From: Candidatus Zixiibacteriota bacterium | GTDB lineage: Bacteria > Zixibacteria > MSB-5A5 > UBA10806 > 4484-95 | Direction of reading: 5' to 3' | DNA: 64,000 bases | Assembly: GCA_037441845.1 (NCBI GenBank) | Contig: JBBIRK010000004.1 | Span: 94,974-158,973 of the forward strand | Part shown: positions 10,541 through 20,797 of the stretch, piece by piece | Layout: the number at the start of each line of letters is the position of its first letter | How positions within the stretch are numbered: position 1 is the first letter of the stretch | Notes under the pieces: model-generated | Databases searched by the model: none | Seen by the model: only the letters and a program-made list of their open reading frames with translations | Told to the model about the DNA's origin: nothing | Program-made: the position numbers and the translations under genes

Positions 10541-12262
10541 ATGAAACACAATCCAACAGCTTTGAAATGGGTCGTAGCCGATGATGTCCACGTGGAACAG
10601 GCAAGGAAACTTGCCCGCGAATTGTCGATCCCGTACGTCACGGCCAAAATTCTATGCGCCAGGGGACTGTGCGATATAGATCAAGCCACCAAATTTCTCA
10701 ACCCATCGCTGCAACAACTTTTCGATCCTTTCGTTCTCCCGGGGATGAAGGCAGGTGTCGAGCGGGTTATCCAAGCGTTGAAGAACAACGAAAAAATGAT
10801 GATTTACGGCGATTACGATGTCGACGGAATTACCGGCACCGCTTTAATGTTCCTTGTGCTGAACCGCCTGGGAGGCAGCGTCTCCTATTATCTGCCTAAC
10901 CGACTGCTCGAGGGTTACGGAATATCCGAGGACGGTCTCGAGGAAGCCGTAAAACGAGACATAGATCTGCTCATTTCCGTCGATTGCGGCATCACCGCGG
11001 TCGATGAGGTCAGAATCGCCACGGAGAAGGGTATCGACTGTATCATCACCGACCATCACGAGCCCGGCCCGGAACTACCCAAGGCTCAGGTGATCATCAA
11101 TCCCAAACTCGATTCGCCCGATAAGCCCGGGTATGAATTGTCGGCTGTCGGAGTTGCTTTCAAATTCGCCCAGGCTTTATACAGCCAGCTTAATCAGGAT
11201 CAATCCGAGCTCGAGGATCATCTCGACCTCGTGGCCCTCGGGACTGCGGCCGATATCGTGCCGCTTGTGGGTGAAAATCGCATCCTGACCAAATTCGGTC
11301 TCGAACAGGTGGCGCGGACGAACAAACCTGGCTTGAAAGCGTTGATTTTCATTTCGGGAATTATGGGTCACAAAATCGGCACCGGACAAATCGTTTTCAT
11401 ACTCGCCCCGAGGATCAACGCCGTGGGAAGACTGGGTGACGCCCAAAAGGCGATAAAGTTGCTGACAACCAAAGACGAAACCCAGGCGAATGCGATCGCC
11501 AGAGTGCTGAATGCCGAAAATAAGCGCCGCAAGGATATCGACGAACAGACTCTCAACGAGGCTTTGGAGCTCATTGAAACGACTATCGATATTAAAAATG
11601 ACCGGGCCATCGTCCTGTCCTCCTATGGCTGGCATCAAGGCGTAATCGGGATCGTGGCATCGCGCATCGTCGAAAGATTCAATCGCCCGACGGTCATGAT
11701 CGCGATAGACGGAGGTGAGGGCAAAGGTTCCGCCCGTTCGATACCCGGGTTTCATCTTTACGAGGCCCTGAAACAGTGCGAGGAATATCTCAATCGTTAC
11801 GGCGGTCATAAATACGCCGCCGGGTTGTCTATCGATCCGGACAAGATAGAGCCTTTCCGGCGCAAGTTGAATCAGGTGTCGGCGTCGATGCTCTCCGAAG
11901 AAGACCTCATTCCGAAATTGTCCATAGATTCGGAGCTCGAGCTCGAGTCGATAAACGATGAGTTAATGCAAGTGCTCGAGAAATTCGCCCCGTTCGGGCC
12001 GATGAATACGCGGCCGATTTTCGTAACTTATAACGCCGAAGTTGTCGGCACCCCCTATATAGTAGGTTCCAATCATCTACGGCTCAAAGTGCGCCGGGGC
12101 GATAGGGTTTTCGATGTCATCGGTTTCGGTTTCGGAGATGTGTTGCGAAGTATGCCCTCTCGGCCGACCTACGTCGATATGGCGTATGTGCTCGAATACA
12201 ATAATTGGAACGGACAGAATCGAATCCAACTCCGCTTGAAAGATATCAAACTGAGCGGCTGA
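10541..12262 (+). CDS. recJ: Single-stranded DNA exonuclease RecJ
   Basis: GDYDVDG, VDCG, TDHH, GSARS, GGHKYAAG and PFG motifs. Confidence 0.96.
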   Translation: MKHNPTALKWVVADDVHVEQARKLARELSIPYVTAKILCARGLCDIDQATKFLNPSLQQLFDPFVLPGMKAGVERVIQALKNNEKMMIYGDYDVDGITGTALMFLVLNRLGGSVSYYLPNRLLEGYGISEDGLEEAVKRDIDLLISVDCGITAVDEVRIATEKGIDCIITDHHEPGPELPKAQVIINPKLDSPDKPGYELSAVGVAFKFAQALYSQLNQDQSELEDHLDLVALGTAADIVPLVGENRILTKFGLEQVARTNKPGLKALIFISGIMGHKIGTGQIVFILAPRINAVGRLGDAQKAIKLLTTKDETQANAIARVLNAENKRRKDIDEQTLNEALELIETTIDIKNDRAIVLSSYGWHQGVIGIVASRIVERFNRPTVMIAIDGGEGKGSARSIPGFHLYEALKQCEEYLNRYGGHKYAAGLSIDPDKIEPFRRKLNQVSASMLSEEDLIPKLSIDSELELESINDELMQVLEKFAPFGPMNTRPIFVTYNAEVVGTPYIVGSNHLRLKVRRGDRVFDVIGFGFGDVLRSMPSRPTYVDMAYVLEYNNWNGQNRIQLRLKDIKLSG

Positions 12263-12437
12263 TTCCCGATCGCAATCTGCAGCCGCGATCACGACCGCAA
12301 CCGACTTGATCCCCGCTGACGCTTTGACATGAGAATATCGCAGGTTCGCAACAGTTGCGCAATTAAGCCGAAAGAAATTTCGCTTGGCTTGCCGACATTT
12401 CGCTTACCCGCATGTTAAGGGCTGACCCAAAAAGCGA

Positions 12438-12466
12438 TTGCCTCGTCAAATCGGTTTTGATATCTT
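12438..12466 (+). promoter_or_regulatory. sigma70 promoter for meaB-mutase
   Basis: TTGCCT-17nt-TATCTT with extended -10 TG. Confidence 0.55.
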
Positions 12467-12490
12467 TTTATCTCTGAAAGGAACGATTGC

Positions 12491-13441
12491 TTGTCGATAC
12501 TCGATGCTTTTTTGGGCGGCAGCCGCATGGCGCTTTCTAAGGTCATATCGCACATAGAAAATAACGGCGCCGATCTATCGAAACTGCTGCCGGCTCTTTA
12601 TTCTCGCGCGGGCAAAGCCTACAAAGTGGGATTCACCGGTCCGCCCGGGGCCGGAAAGTCCACTCTCGTCGATAAACTTGCCGCTCTATACGTCGAGAGC
12701 GGCAAAAAGAAACTGGGCATAATCGCGGTGGACCCGAGCTCACCCTTTACCGGCGGGGCGCTTCTCGGCGATCGAATCCGCATGCAGAATCTGGCGACCA
12801 ACGAAAACGTCTTTATCAGAAGCATGGCCACTCGGGGTTCCACCGGCGGTCTGGCGGTTTCGACCTCGGAGGTGGCCATGGCGATGGATGCTTTCGGCAT
12901 GGAGATGATATTGATCGAAACCGTCGGCGTGGGTCAGGTGGAACTTGATATCGCCGATGCCTGCGACACCACAGTGGTCACGCTCGTGCCGGAATCAGGC
13001 GACTCCATTCAAGCATTGAAAGCCGGCCTTATGGAGATAGCTGATATTTTCGTGATAAACAAAGCCGACCGGCCTGGCGCCGCCAAGATCGTTTCCGAAC
13101 TCAACATCATTCTCGATCTCAAGAGGCAGAATACGGGTTGGGAATTGCCGGTGGTGGCCACCGAGGCGGTCAACGGCAAGGGAATCGATGAGTTGGCCGC
13201 CAAGATCGCAGCTCACCGCGCTTTCATTTATTCCGATTCGCATGCCGATCAGCACCGTAAGAGAAAAATCCGGGCGACCCTCAATCATGTTCTCGATAAG
13301 GAAATCAAATCCCTCATAAAGAAAAGATTTCTGAACGAGGAAATGATTACTGATTATGTGAAAAGAATCCAGGAGGGTTCAAGCAACCCCTACGAAATAG
13401 TAAATAACATATTATCATCGTTAAAACAGGATAAGCCATGA
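12491..13441 (+). CDS. meaB: Acyl-CoA mutase-associated GTPase MeaB
   Basis: [36 protein letters not shown] and INKAD; TTG start. Confidence 0.93.
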   Translation: MSILDAFLGGSRMALSKVISHIENNGADLSKLLPALYSRAGKAYKVGFTGPPGAGKSTLVDKLAALYVESGKKKLGIIAVDPSSPFTGGALLGDRIRMQNLATNENVFIRSMATRGSTGGLAVSTSEVAMAMDAFGMEMILIETVGVGQVELDIADACDTTVVTLVPESGDSIQALKAGLMEIADIFVINKADRPGAAKIVSELNIILDLKRQNTGWELPVVATEAVNGKGIDELAAKIAAHRAFIYSDSHADQHRKRKIRATLNHVLDKEIKSLIKKRFLNEEMITDYVKRIQEGSSNPYEIVNNILSSLKQDKP

Positions 13442-15123
13442 GAAAGACCGAAAATGCCGTCTCTTCCGCGAAAATCACGCCGCCTTCGGGGCGGTCGAAA
13501 TGGGAAGAGGAATATTCGAAGGCGCAGATTCCGCCCGAGAAAAAATTCATGACGGTTTCCTCGAAGCCGTTAAAGCCGCTTTACGATCCCACCGATCTTG
13601 CCGATTTCGATTACGATCGAGATCTGGCCTATCCGGGACAATATCCCTATACCCGGGGGGTTCATGCCACGATGTATCGGGTGAAACCCTGGACGATGCG
13701 CCAATTTTCGGGATTCGGCACACCCAGACAGACCAACGAGCGATATCATTATCTTCTCGAAAGGGGACAGCACGGCCTGTCGGTGGCTTTCGATCTGCCG
13801 ACGCTTATGGGATACGATTCGGATTCGCCGCGTGCGCGGGGTGAGGTGGGCGTCTGCGGAGTTGCAGTCGATACGCTGAAGGACATGGAGATTATTTTCG
13901 AAGGCATCGCGCTCGACAAGATTTCGACGTCGATGACCATTAATTGCACCTCGACGATTCTGCTGGCGATGTATATCGCGGTGGCCGAAAAACAAAACGT
14001 ACCGAGCCGCCTTCTGACCGGAACCCTGCAGAACGACATCTTGAAAGAATATATCGCCCAAAAAGAATGGATCTATCCGCCGGAGCCGTCCATTCGGTTG
14101 ATAACCGATATGATGTCATTCTGTGCCGAGCACGTCCCCAAATGGAATACCATCTCGATTTCGGGTTACCATATCCGCGAAGCGGGCGCGACCGCCGCGC
14201 AGGAGTTGGCGTTCACGCTCGCCGATGGTTTTTGCTATGTCGAATCGGCGATAAAGGCGGGCATGGATGTCGATACTTTCGCTCCGCGCCTATCGTTTTT
14301 CTTCAATTCGCATACCGATTTTTTCGAGGAGATCGCCAAATACCGGGCGGCACGGCGGATCTGGGCTCGCCACATGAAAGAACGCTACAAAGCCAAAGAT
14401 CCGCGCTCGATGATGCTTCGTTTTCATACCCAAACGGCCGGCTGTAGTTTGACCGCCCAGCAGCCGGAAAACAACATAGTCCGCACCGCTATCGAGGCGC
14501 TGGCAGGCGTTATCGGCGGCACCCAGTCGCTTCATACCAACTCGATGGACGAAACGTTGGCTTTGCCCAGCGAAAAAGCTGTCAAGATCGCCTTGCGGAC
14601 GCAACAGATAATCGCCCACGAATCGGGTGTAATAAACGTGATCGATCCCATGGCCGGAAGTTACTTCGTGGAGGCGTTGACCGACGAGCTCGAAGAAGAG
14701 GCCGAGAAGTATTTCGAGGAGATCGAGCGGCGAGGGGGCGTGTTGAAATGTATCGAAGAGGGCTACTTCCAACGGGAAATCGCCGAAAGCGCATTCCGCT
14801 ATCAGAGAGAAATCGAAAAGAAAGAGCGGATTATCGTAGGGGTAAACGATTTTATCGAGCCCGATGAAAAAGTGGATATCCCCCTATTGGTTATCGATGA
14901 GCAGGTCGAAAAAGAGCAGGTGGCCAATCTGAAAAAGGTCAAAGCGGAACGGGATAACGATAAGGTGAAACGAACCCTTGCCGAACTCAAGAAGGCGATC
15001 GAAACAGGCCAAAATCATATGCCGCCTCTGCTGGATTGTGTCCGCTGTTATACCACCGAGGAGGAAATCACCAGCGTCATGAAAGAAGTATTCGGCGAGT
15101 ATACAGAACCGCCGATGATTTGA
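13438..15123 (+). CDS. B12-dependent acyl-CoA mutase large subunit, isobutyryl-CoA mutase (IcmA)-type
   Basis: MCM N-terminal TIM-barrel motifs. WTMRQFSGF (Phe, not Tyr) and [13 protein letters not shown] (Gln, not Arg); no B12-binding domain. Confidence 0.88.
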   Translation: MRKTENAVSSAKITPPSGRSKWEEEYSKAQIPPEKKFMTVSSKPLKPLYDPTDLADFDYDRDLAYPGQYPYTRGVHATMYRVKPWTMRQFSGFGTPRQTNERYHYLLERGQHGLSVAFDLPTLMGYDSDSPRARGEVGVCGVAVDTLKDMEIIFEGIALDKISTSMTINCTSTILLAMYIAVAEKQNVPSRLLTGTLQNDILKEYIAQKEWIYPPEPSIRLITDMMSFCAEHVPKWNTISISGYHIREAGATAAQELAFTLADGFCYVESAIKAGMDVDTFAPRLSFFFNSHTDFFEEIAKYRAARRIWARHMKERYKAKDPRSMMLRFHTQTAGCSLTAQQPENNIVRTAIEALAGVIGGTQSLHTNSMDETLALPSEKAVKIALRTQQIIAHESGVINVIDPMAGSYFVEALTDELEEEAEKYFEEIERRGGVLKCIEEGYFQREIAESAFRYQREIEKKERIIVGVNDFIEPDEKVDIPLLVIDEQVEKEQVANLKKVKAERDNDKVKRTLAELKKAIETGQNHMPPLLDCVRCYTTEEEITSVMKEVFGEYTEPPMI

Positions 15124-15251
15124 CGTAAATCAATATAGAAGTGACCTGCCGCTTGCATCGGTGGATTCGGAACCAAGGCACCGGATACGCCTTACTTGCG
15201 GCGGGTGTCGTGAATTGGAAATAACGGATTTCAGAAAAGAAGGAAACGCTC

Positions 15252-15572
15252 ATGACCCGGAATAAACTATCTATAGTCCTCGTTACCTGCCCGATTTTCG
15301 ATGCCGACCGGATCGCCGAGCAGATCGTCAGCGAAAAACTGGCCGCCTGCGTCAATATAGTCCCGATACGCAGCATATACACGTGGGAAGGCGAACTCGA
15401 ACATGACGAGGAACTGCTGTTGATAATCAAAACAACCCCACAAAATTATGAACGGCTCGAAAAAAGATTGAAAGAACTTCACACCTATGAAATTCCCGAA
15501 ATCGTGGCGGTCGAATCGGACATGGCCTGGCAGAAATATTTCGACTGGGCGTCGGAGCAAACCCTTAAATAG
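15252..15572 (+). CDS. cutA: Divalent-cation tolerance protein CutA
   Basis: LAACVNI, SIYTWEG and HTYEIPEI. Confidence 0.92.
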   Translation: MTRNKLSIVLVTCPIFDADRIAEQIVSEKLAACVNIVPIRSIYTWEGELEHDEELLLIIKTTPQNYERLEKRLKELHTYEIPEIVAVESDMAWQKYFDWASEQTLK

Positions 15573-15820
15573 CGGTTAGCCGCCGATGGTCCACTCGCGG
15601 TGTTGCATTCGCCATGATTGTCGATCGCGAGTGACCCTCGTCGGCCGGCAAGATGGGCGTAAATGGCGCATTTCATCGATTATGCGGATATGAGCGATTC
15701 GATATGGCGCAACATTTCGGGGAATCCACGAATTGCATTCAATGTGCTTGTTCATTATGATTGTATAAGAGCTGTAGATGAAAAAGACGAACGATTAAAA
15801 GATTACAAAGGAATCGGCCT

Positions 15821-16240
15821 ATGCGCTACATAAGAACAACCGACGGTTTCATGCTGCGCCTGGAAAAGGGCGAAGAGGTGATGACCGCCGTCACCGAATT
15901 TATCGCCCGGGAGAAGATCGCCTCGGCGGCCGTCTCCGGATTGGGAGCCGTCGCCGATGCGACGATCGGTTATTTCAGCAGTCATGCTAAAAAATATTTT
16001 CAGCAGTCGTTCGAGGGCGAATTCGAGCTGCTGAGTTTGACCGGCAATATCTCATGGCTGGAAAACAAACCCGTATTTCATGCTCATGTGGTGTTAAGCA
16101 AGACCGACTACAGTCTGATCGGCGGCCATCTATTTTCGGCTTTGGTGGCGCTCACCGTCGAGCTTCACATTCGCGTGTTCGAGCCGAAAATCAATAGAAA
16201 ACCGGATCCCGAGATCGGGTTGAATTTGATGGATATCTAA
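15821..16240 (+). CDS. PPC-domain (DUF296) protein
   Basis: RLEKGEE, GLGA, ELLSLTGN, HAHVV and GGHL. Confidence 0.88.
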   Translation: MRYIRTTDGFMLRLEKGEEVMTAVTEFIAREKIASAAVSGLGAVADATIGYFSSHAKKYFQQSFEGEFELLSLTGNISWLENKPVFHAHVVLSKTDYSLIGGHLFSALVALTVELHIRVFEPKINRKPDPEIGLNLMDI

Positions 16241-17032
16241 ATGGCGACCATAATCACCTTAATCACCGATTTTCGCACCAGTGACGGCTACATGGGGGCC
16301 ATATTCGGCGTGATCAAGTCGATAAATCCGAACGCCGAAATAATCACGATCGCTTCCAATATCCCCGCCGCGGATATTCGCAAGGCATCGCAGGCGCTGT
16401 CGAACAGCTATCGCTTCTATCCAAAGGGCTCCATCCATATGGTAGTGGTCGATCCGAGCGTCGGGCCGCGGCGACGGGCGCTGATAGTCGATGACGGCCG
16501 CTATCTGCTTCTCGGACCGGATAACGGCGTGTTGTCGCCGATTTACAGGAACAATCCCGAGTCGCGCATCCGACAAATCAGCAACGATAAATACCGACTC
16601 ACCTCGCGCTCCGAAACTTTCCACGGCCGTGACCTGTTCGCGCCGGCGGCCGCTTATCTGAGTCATGGAATCCCTCCAGAAGAATTTGGCCCCGAAATCA
16701 CCGATCCGGTGATGTTGGATTATCCGCAACTGGAGGTGATAGGGAACGATTTGGTAGGTCGAGTGATCGATATCGATGCTTTCGGCAATCTTATCACGAA
16801 CATTTCCGCAAACTACGTGGATAATGACGCAGTGATCCAATTCTGCGGCCGAACGATACATGGCTTGTCACGCTGTTACTCCGATGTACCTGAAAAGCAT
16901 CCGCTGGCCTACATCGGGTCTTCCGATACTCTCGAGATCGCCATAAACAGGGGCGATGCCGCCAATTATTTCGGCGCCTTGATCAACGAAGAAGTCCGCC
17001 TGGTCGGAGCGGGGCGTCGAATCGATGTCTGA
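16241..17032 (+). CDS. DUF62 SAM hydroxide adenosyltransferase (fluorinase/chlorinase family)
   Basis: LITDF, VVVDP..G..RR, PDNG, TFHGRD and DAFGN. The Asp/Arg/His triad indicates the hydrolase type. Confidence 0.88.
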   Translation: MATIITLITDFRTSDGYMGAIFGVIKSINPNAEIITIASNIPAADIRKASQALSNSYRFYPKGSIHMVVVDPSVGPRRRALIVDDGRYLLLGPDNGVLSPIYRNNPESRIRQISNDKYRLTSRSETFHGRDLFAPAAAYLSHGIPPEEFGPEITDPVMLDYPQLEVIGNDLVGRVIDIDAFGNLITNISANYVDNDAVIQFCGRTIHGLSRCYSDVPEKHPLAYIGSSDTLEIAINRGDAANYFGALINEEVRLVGAGRRIDV

Positions 17033-17807
17033 AAACCCTATGAGTCCGCGTCAAACCGCCGAGACCGCTTCCGAGATGCCTTTTCTGGATCATCTCGAGG
17101 AACTGCGCTGGCGTTTGATAAAGTCGATTGTCGCGATCGTGATCGGGGCCTCGCTGTCGTATATCTTTTCCGATAGATTGTTTTCGGTGTTATGGCAGCC
17201 TTTGCAATCGGCGGCCCCGGGGATGAAATTGCATTTTTTCAAGGTGGCCGAGGCGTTCAATGCGCGCCTTAAACTTTCGATAGTGGCAGGCTGTCTGCTT
17301 ACCTCGCCGATCGTCATTTATCAAATCTGGCAATTCGTGCTCCCCGGGCTCTACCGCCGTGAGATCAGAATTGTCTATTTGATCGTTTTGTTCTCCACCT
17401 TTTTTTTCCTCGCCGGTGTGATATTCTGCTATTTCGTGATGCTTCCTTATGGGCTTAAATTTTTGTTGGAACAGGCGCCTCCGAATACCGAACCCACGAT
17501 CATGATGGGGGACTATCTGAATTTCGTGATGTGGATGATACTCGCTTTCGGTCTGGTGTTTCAATTGCCGGTGGTGGCCTTTTTCCTCGGCCGGATAGGC
17601 ATAATCAGCTCGGGATTACTCAAATCCGGCAGAAGATATGCAATCGTTATCATCGCCATAGCCGCTGCGGTGATAACTCCACAGCCCGATTTCGTCAGTC
17701 AAGGGATGCTGGCCATACCACTCTATTTTCTGTATGAATTATCGATATTGATAGTGAGATTCACCGGACGCGCCGAACCGGTGCGCGGGAAGAATCTTGC
17801 CGGATAA
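17025..17807 (+). CDS. tatC: Twin-arginine translocase subunit TatC
   Basis: MPFLDHLEELRWRL, YQIWQFVLPGL, FGLVFQLP and LYELSI. Confidence 0.95.
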   Translation: MSENPMSPRQTAETASEMPFLDHLEELRWRLIKSIVAIVIGASLSYIFSDRLFSVLWQPLQSAAPGMKLHFFKVAEAFNARLKLSIVAGCLLTSPIVIYQIWQFVLPGLYRREIRIVYLIVLFSTFFFLAGVIFCYFVMLPYGLKFLLEQAPPNTEPTIMMGDYLNFVMWMILAFGLVFQLPVVAFFLGRIGIISSGLLKSGRRYAIVIIAIAAAVITPQPDFVSQGMLAIPLYFLYELSILIVRFTGRAEPVRGKNLAG

Positions 17808-17948
17808 CCAAGTCGTTATCTTTTTTGAGAATAAGCCGGGCGTTCGTTTGTAAAATTACGTGCCGGATATCGAATCGTGGTTTTCAGCGGACGATTCGAG
17901 CGATAGAAGCGCCGTTACGGAAACGTGGCTATTTGCTCGTCGGCTTGT

Positions 17949-17964
17949 TGGAACATAATTTGCT
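17949..17964 (+). promoter_or_regulatory. sigma54 (-24/-12) promoter
   Basis: TGGAACATAATTTGCT with GG-N10-GC spacing, about 40 nt upstream of ATG 18004. Confidence 0.65.
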
Positions 17965-18003
17965 CATTTAGGGTTAGAAAAATAAATGAGATAGGTCATT
18001 ATC

Positions 18004-20793
18004 ATGGAAAGACTTACGCTAATCGCAGTAATTTCGGTTCTCACTTTCGGCTCGGCATCCCCACAGTATTATTTCGGCCAGAATAAGGTGCAGTACGAAA
18101 AATTCGATTGGCAGGTCATGAAAACCGATCACTTCGATATATATTATTATCCTGAGGAAGAGGAGATCGCTGGAATCGGCGCTCGGTTGGCCGAGGAAAG
18201 CTACGCTTACCTAACCGAAAAATTCAACCACGTCATCGATAAGAAAATCCCCCTGATAATCTACAGTCATCCTTCTTATTTCAGCCAAACCAACGTCGTC
18301 CCGGATTTGCTTCCGGAGAATGTCGCCGGTTTCACCGAATTTTTCAAAGAGCGCGTGGTGATACCGTTCGACGGCTCGATGCGCGATTTCGACCACGTGA
18401 TAAGGCATGAACTGGTGCACGTTTTCATGATGGAAAAGATCACCCATAACGCCAAATCTCATGGGCGGCGTAATCCGGTCATGCCGCCGCTCTGGTTCAC
18501 CGAGGGTATCGCCGAATACTGGTCGGAGGGCTGGAGCAAACAAGCCGATATGATTCTTCGCGATATGGTCATCTCCGGACGAATCGTGACTTTCAACAGG
18601 CTGGCGGGCATATCCGGGACCTACACGATGTATAAGGTCGGACAGTCGATTCTGCGATATCTATCCGACACATTCGGCGACGACCGGATTACGTTGATGT
18701 TCGAGAACTGGTGGAAAGCGCAGACATTCGCCCAGTTATGCGAAATCACTTTCGGCAGATCTTTCGCGGAAATCGGCAGAGATTGGGAATATCATCTGAA
18801 GAAGACTTATTATCCGGAGTTCGAGAATAAAGACCTTCCCGCGAAAATCGCCGCCCGTCTGACAAGAAAATATTACAATATAAAACCGACCACTTTTGCG
18901 CTCGAAGACAAAGATGGTTGCAAAGATTTCATCGCTTTCAAGACGATCCGCCTGGGCTATTCCAATATCGCCATGATGCCGCTCGAGGGCGAAAAGGCGG
19001 GATTCAGGCAGTTGGTGAAAGGCGAACGATCGGCGAAATTCGAATCGCTGCATTTCGTTGATTCCGATATCGACGCGGGTGTCGACGGCCGCATCGCTTT
19101 CGCCTCGAAAAGCAAAGAATCCGACATTCTGTATATATTCGATCCTAAAGGGAAAAAACTCGTTTTCAGCCGCCGTTTCGAACAGGTGAGCGCGATCAGC
19201 TCGCCGGCATGGTCGTTTGATCAAAAAATGATCGCTTTCAGCGGAACCGGCAAAGACGGAGCCAACGACATTTACGTTTATCATTTCGACGGCGACAGTC
19301 TTCATCGATTATTCGATGATATCTATAACGATCAGTCGCCCGCGTTTTCGCCCGACGGCGAGTTCATAGTTTTCAGTTCCGATCGAACCGATATGCACGG
19401 CGCCGATCTTTATGCTTATTCTCTGGAAACGGGTGCAATAATCAGGCTTACTTCGGGGAATTCTTTCAACACATCGCCGTCCTGGGCAAATCAAAGCGAC
19501 AGCATCGTTTTCACGAGCGACCGGGGCGGTTCGCCCGATATTTACATATTGGAACACCCGTTAAGCGACAATCCGCGCCTTTACCGATTGACCAACCTGG
19601 CCACCGGGGCATACGATCCTTCTTTTTCGGCCGATGATTCGGCGATAGTGTTCAGCGGATACCAGGAGATGAGCTATCACATTTACAAACTTTTGCCGGA
19701 CACCAATGCCGAACAGATTGCTCATGCGCCCGGTCAGGTTTGGGAACAGTCGAACGGCTGGCAACCGGAACGGATTACTGGAGAGCATCTGGCGGGAAAA
19801 ATGAAGTATAAGACCAAATTATCGTTCGACATCGCCCAATCGGCGCTTTCATACGATGCCATTTTCGGCACGGTCGGCGGTCTTCAGGGGGCGCTCACCG
19901 ATGTATTAGGCGATCACCAATACTACCTGCTTCTTTATAATACCGGAAACAGCCGCCACAATTTTCTCCGCAGCACCAATGCGGCCGTCACCTATATCAA
20001 CCGTCAGCGACGCCTCAATTGGGGACTCGGGATATACCGTTTCTATAACGATTATGACGACGATTATTACGGCTATGTTGAAGAGGAAACTTATGGTGGA
20101 GTAGCGCTTGCCAGCTATCCGTTCTCCAGATTCGACAGGGCTGAGGCTTCGCTATATGTTCGTAATTACTTCAAACAAACTCTGCGTTCCAACGATCCTG
20201 ACGCCGCGGTCGCGACACCGGTCTTATCCTACATCAAAGATACGTCGATCTGGGAGCCGTCCGGCCCCATCGACGGTTTCAGATTGCATATTTCGCTGGC
20301 CAGTTCAATCGAGATTCCCAGCCTAAAATATTATAATTCCGCGGTTACGGTGGATGTGCGCAAGTATTTCAGGCTATCGGAATCCTCGGCTTATGCATTG
20401 CGGGGGGTGTATCTCGGATCGGATGGGCAGGACCCTCAAAGACATTATTTGGGCGGCAGTTGGGATTTGCGTGGATATCCCCGGAGATCTTTCTACGACA
20501 AGAATATCCTTTTGATTAATAATGAATTACGGTTTCCGTTGGTGGATCGATTGCTAATCGGCATGCCTATCGGGGCGCTCAATTTTCAGGCTATTAGGGG
20601 CGCATTATTCGTGGATGCAGCTAAAATTTGGGGTGACACAAATCGGCCTTGGATCGGTAGTTTCGGTTTTGGTGCGCGGGTTTCGCTCGGTTATTTGACC
20701 GTATTACGTTTTGATTTCTCAAAAAGAGCCGATAAAAATGACATATACGGTCATGGATTCGATTTTGACTTTTTCTTTGGCTGGAACTATTGA
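18004..20793 (+). CDS. Outer-membrane protein: zinc metallopeptidase-like domain + TolB/PD40 beta-propeller + Omp85 (BamA/TamA-like) barrel
   Basis: Signal peptide; FGQNKVQY; RHELVH ... WFTEGIAEY (gluzincin-like); SPAWS/SPAFSPDG/SPSW repeats; DLRGY, NNELRFP and GALFVD; terminal aromatic GWNY. Confidence 0.8.
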   Translation: MERLTLIAVISVLTFGSASPQYYFGQNKVQYEKFDWQVMKTDHFDIYYYPEEEEIAGIGARLAEESYAYLTEKFNHVIDKKIPLIIYSHPSYFSQTNVVPDLLPENVAGFTEFFKERVVIPFDGSMRDFDHVIRHELVHVFMMEKITHNAKSHGRRNPVMPPLWFTEGIAEYWSEGWSKQADMILRDMVISGRIVTFNRLAGISGTYTMYKVGQSILRYLSDTFGDDRITLMFENWWKAQTFAQLCEITFGRSFAEIGRDWEYHLKKTYYPEFENKDLPAKIAARLTRKYYNIKPTTFALEDKDGCKDFIAFKTIRLGYSNIAMMPLEGEKAGFRQLVKGERSAKFESLHFVDSDIDAGVDGRIAFASKSKESDILYIFDPKGKKLVFSRRFEQVSAISSPAWSFDQKMIAFSGTGKDGANDIYVYHFDGDSLHRLFDDIYNDQSPAFSPDGEFIVFSSDRTDMHGADLYAYSLETGAIIRLTSGNSFNTSPSWANQSDSIVFTSDRGGSPDIYILEHPLSDNPRLYRLTNLATGAYDPSFSADDSAIVFSGYQEMSYHIYKLLPDTNAEQIAHAPGQVWEQSNGWQPERITGEHLAGKMKYKTKLSFDIAQSALSYDAIFGTVGGLQGALTDVLGDHQYYLLLYNTGNSRHNFLRSTNAAVTYINRQRRLNWGLGIYRFYNDYDDDYYGYVEEETYGGVALASYPFSRFDRAEASLYVRNYFKQTLRSNDPDAAVATPVLSYIKDTSIWEPSGPIDGFRLHISLASSIEIPSLKYYNSAVTVDVRKYFRLSESSAYALRGVYLGSDGQDPQRHYLGGSWDLRGYPRRSFYDKNILLINNELRFPLVDRLLIGMPIGALNFQAIRGALFVDAAKIWGDTNRPWIGSFGFGARVSLGYLTVLRFDFSKRADKNDIYGHGFDFDFFFGWNY

Positions 20794-20797
20794 TTAA

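Noticed and set aside
9857..10604. Minus-strand ORFs of 244, 78 and 104 aa
   Set aside because: Shadow ORFs antisense to rnpB and lemA.
12263..12490. Cobalamin riboswitch upstream of meaB-mutase
   Set aside because: No B12-box or GGGAA...AA.TCC core is recognisable, and a promoter lies immediately before the gene.
16241..17032. Fluorinase/chlorinase (halogenation)
   Set aside because: Retains the Asp-Arg-His pattern (VDP..RR, TFHGRD) of DUF62 SAM hydrolases.
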